DNA of 64,000 bases from Spirochaetia bacterium (GTDB taxonomy: Bacteria > Spirochaetota > Spirochaetia > SZUA-6 > Bin103): positions 224,001-288,000 of the forward strand of contig CBDAOI010000001.1 in the NCBI GenBank assembly GCA_965198005.1, given 5' to 3'. Shown piece by piece: positions 62,751 through 64,000 of the stretch (position 1 is its first letter; the number at the start of each line of letters is the position of its first letter). Below the pieces are notes generated by a model, which ran no database searches, was not told the DNA's origin, and saw only the letters and a program-made list of their open reading frames with translations. The translations under genes were made by a program, and so were the position numbers.

Positions 62751-63808
62751 GCTCCGAAGCGGTCGTTTATCTCATCCCCGTAGTCGGCCCACCACGCCCA
62801 GTCGTTGAACACCGACCGCTCCAGGCGGGCCGGAGTGACCGGCATGTGAGGCTCCATCTCCACGCCGGTCTCCATGTGGGTCGTAACCAGCCCCAGCGCC
62901 GAGTGTCGGGTCGGGCTGTAGGAGATGTACTGGCTCATCGCCGCCATCGACGCCGGCTTGGCGGCGAACGCCAGGAATTCGAGCGCCGCCTCCAGGTTGG
63001 ACGCCCCCGCGGGAATGGCGAGCTGCGTGTGGTCCAGTACCTGACCGTCCCAGACGATCTCGAACGGCTGGTTCTCCACCACCTGGGCATTGAATATGCG
63101 GCCGTTGTAAGCGGTGCTCATCACCACCTCGCCGTCGGCCAGGAGCTGCGGCGGCTGCGCGCCGGCCTCCCACCACACCACCTGGTCCTTGATCGAATCC
63201 AGCTTGCGGAACGCCCGGTCCACGCCCGCGGGCGTGCTCAGGGTGGCGTATACCTGGTCCACCGGCACGCCGTCGGCTACCAGCGCGAACTCCAGGTTGC
63301 CGTACGGCGAGCGCCGCATGCCGCGCCGGCCGGGGAACTTGTCCAGGTCGAAGAAATCGGCCGTGGTCGACGGCTGCTCGTCAGCGAACAGATCGCTGCG
63401 GTACGCGTAGATCGTGGAATACACGACCATCCCGACGCCGCATTCCGACAGCATGCCGGGCAGGAAGTCCTGCGCTGCCGCCGCCGCATCGGGGAATATA
63501 TCCTCCTGCGGGACGACCTCCAACAGGCCTTCATCGCAGCCGCGCACGGCGTCCGCCGCTTCCAGGTCGACCACGTCCCAGTGCACGTTGCCGGTCTCCA
63601 CCTGCGCGCGGATCTCGGCCAGGCCGCCGTTGTAGTCCTCCATGCTCACCGCGGTGTCCGTGGCCGCGGCGAACGGATCGAGCAACGCTCTCTGCGTAGC
63701 GCGGCCGTACGCGCCGCCCCACGACACCATGGTCAGCTTGCCATCCGCACTCGCGGCAACCCCTGCCAGCACTCCCATCAGTGCCAGCACCACCAGACGC
63801 TTGGTCAT
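62735..63808 (-). CDS. Polyamine-type ABC solute-binding protein (PotD-like)
   Basis: SWGGAY, WDVVD, AYNGR; signal peptide; RBS AGGAG. Confidence 0.92.
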   Translation of the reverse strand: MTKRLVVLALMGVLAGVAASADGKLTMVSWGGAYGRATQRALLDPFAAATDTAVSMEDYNGGLAEIRAQVETGNVHWDVVDLEAADAVRGCDEGLLEVVPQEDIFPDAAAAAQDFLPGMLSECGVGMVVYSTIYAYRSDLFADEQPSTTADFFDLDKFPGRRGMRRSPYGNLEFALVADGVPVDQVYATLSTPAGVDRAFRKLDSIKDQVVWWEAGAQPPQLLADGEVVMSTAYNGRIFNAQVVENQPFEIVWDGQVLDHTQLAIPAGASNLEAALEFLAFAAKPASMAAMSQYISYSPTRHSALGLVTTHMETGVEMEPHMPVTPARLERSVFNDWAWWADYGDEINDRFGAWLAR

Positions 63809-64000
63809 CGCCTTACTCCTCTTCCTGCGCTTCCTCGAGGTCCAATGCGCGGCAATCGGCGGCCGCCCATCCGATGTCGATCTCGTCACCCTCCAGCATC
63901 GCGCCATGTCCCACGATGTTGGGAATTCTAAACTGATAGTTGGTACGCCCGTCCACCTGCGCATGAATCACCAGATGATCGCCCAGGAACGTAATCAGTT

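Overview
High-GC bacterial chromosome segment, most consistent with a free-living or host-associated spirochaete (inference from the FASGE/LWAGG-type signal peptides, groES without groEL, a sigma54-preceded RpoS-like sigma and a JAB-DinG fusion). There are two regimes. (1) About 1-45.1 kb is a plastic zone of tandem Dpp/Opp-type peptide/nickel ABC importer modules (solute-binding protein + permease B + permease C, no ATPase). The modules are interleaved with toxin-antitoxin pairs, Uma2, Rpn, PD-(D/E)XK and HNH nucleases and catabolic enzymes, and many are collapsed by deletions into colinear micro-fragments. The left arm runs on the minus strand, the right arm on the plus strand, with tRNA-Val(TAC) between them. 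(2) About 45.2-64 kb is intact core genome: amtB, pstCAB-phoU, UvrD/Rep helicase, N-acetylmuramoyl-L-alanine amidase, ppdK, an RpoS-like sigma, groES, JAB-DinG and potDBC-like genes. The best candidate for an undescribed system: all six solute-binding-protein genes are preceded by a related long leader containing a poly-C tract (28, 14, 10, 13, 13 and 8 nt) inside an upstream ORF. Tract length sets whether that ORF stops early or reads down to the start codon or RBS of the binding-protein gene. This looks like a phase-variable switch over a repertoire of binding proteins with hypervariable patches. It is a hypothesis from sequence only.
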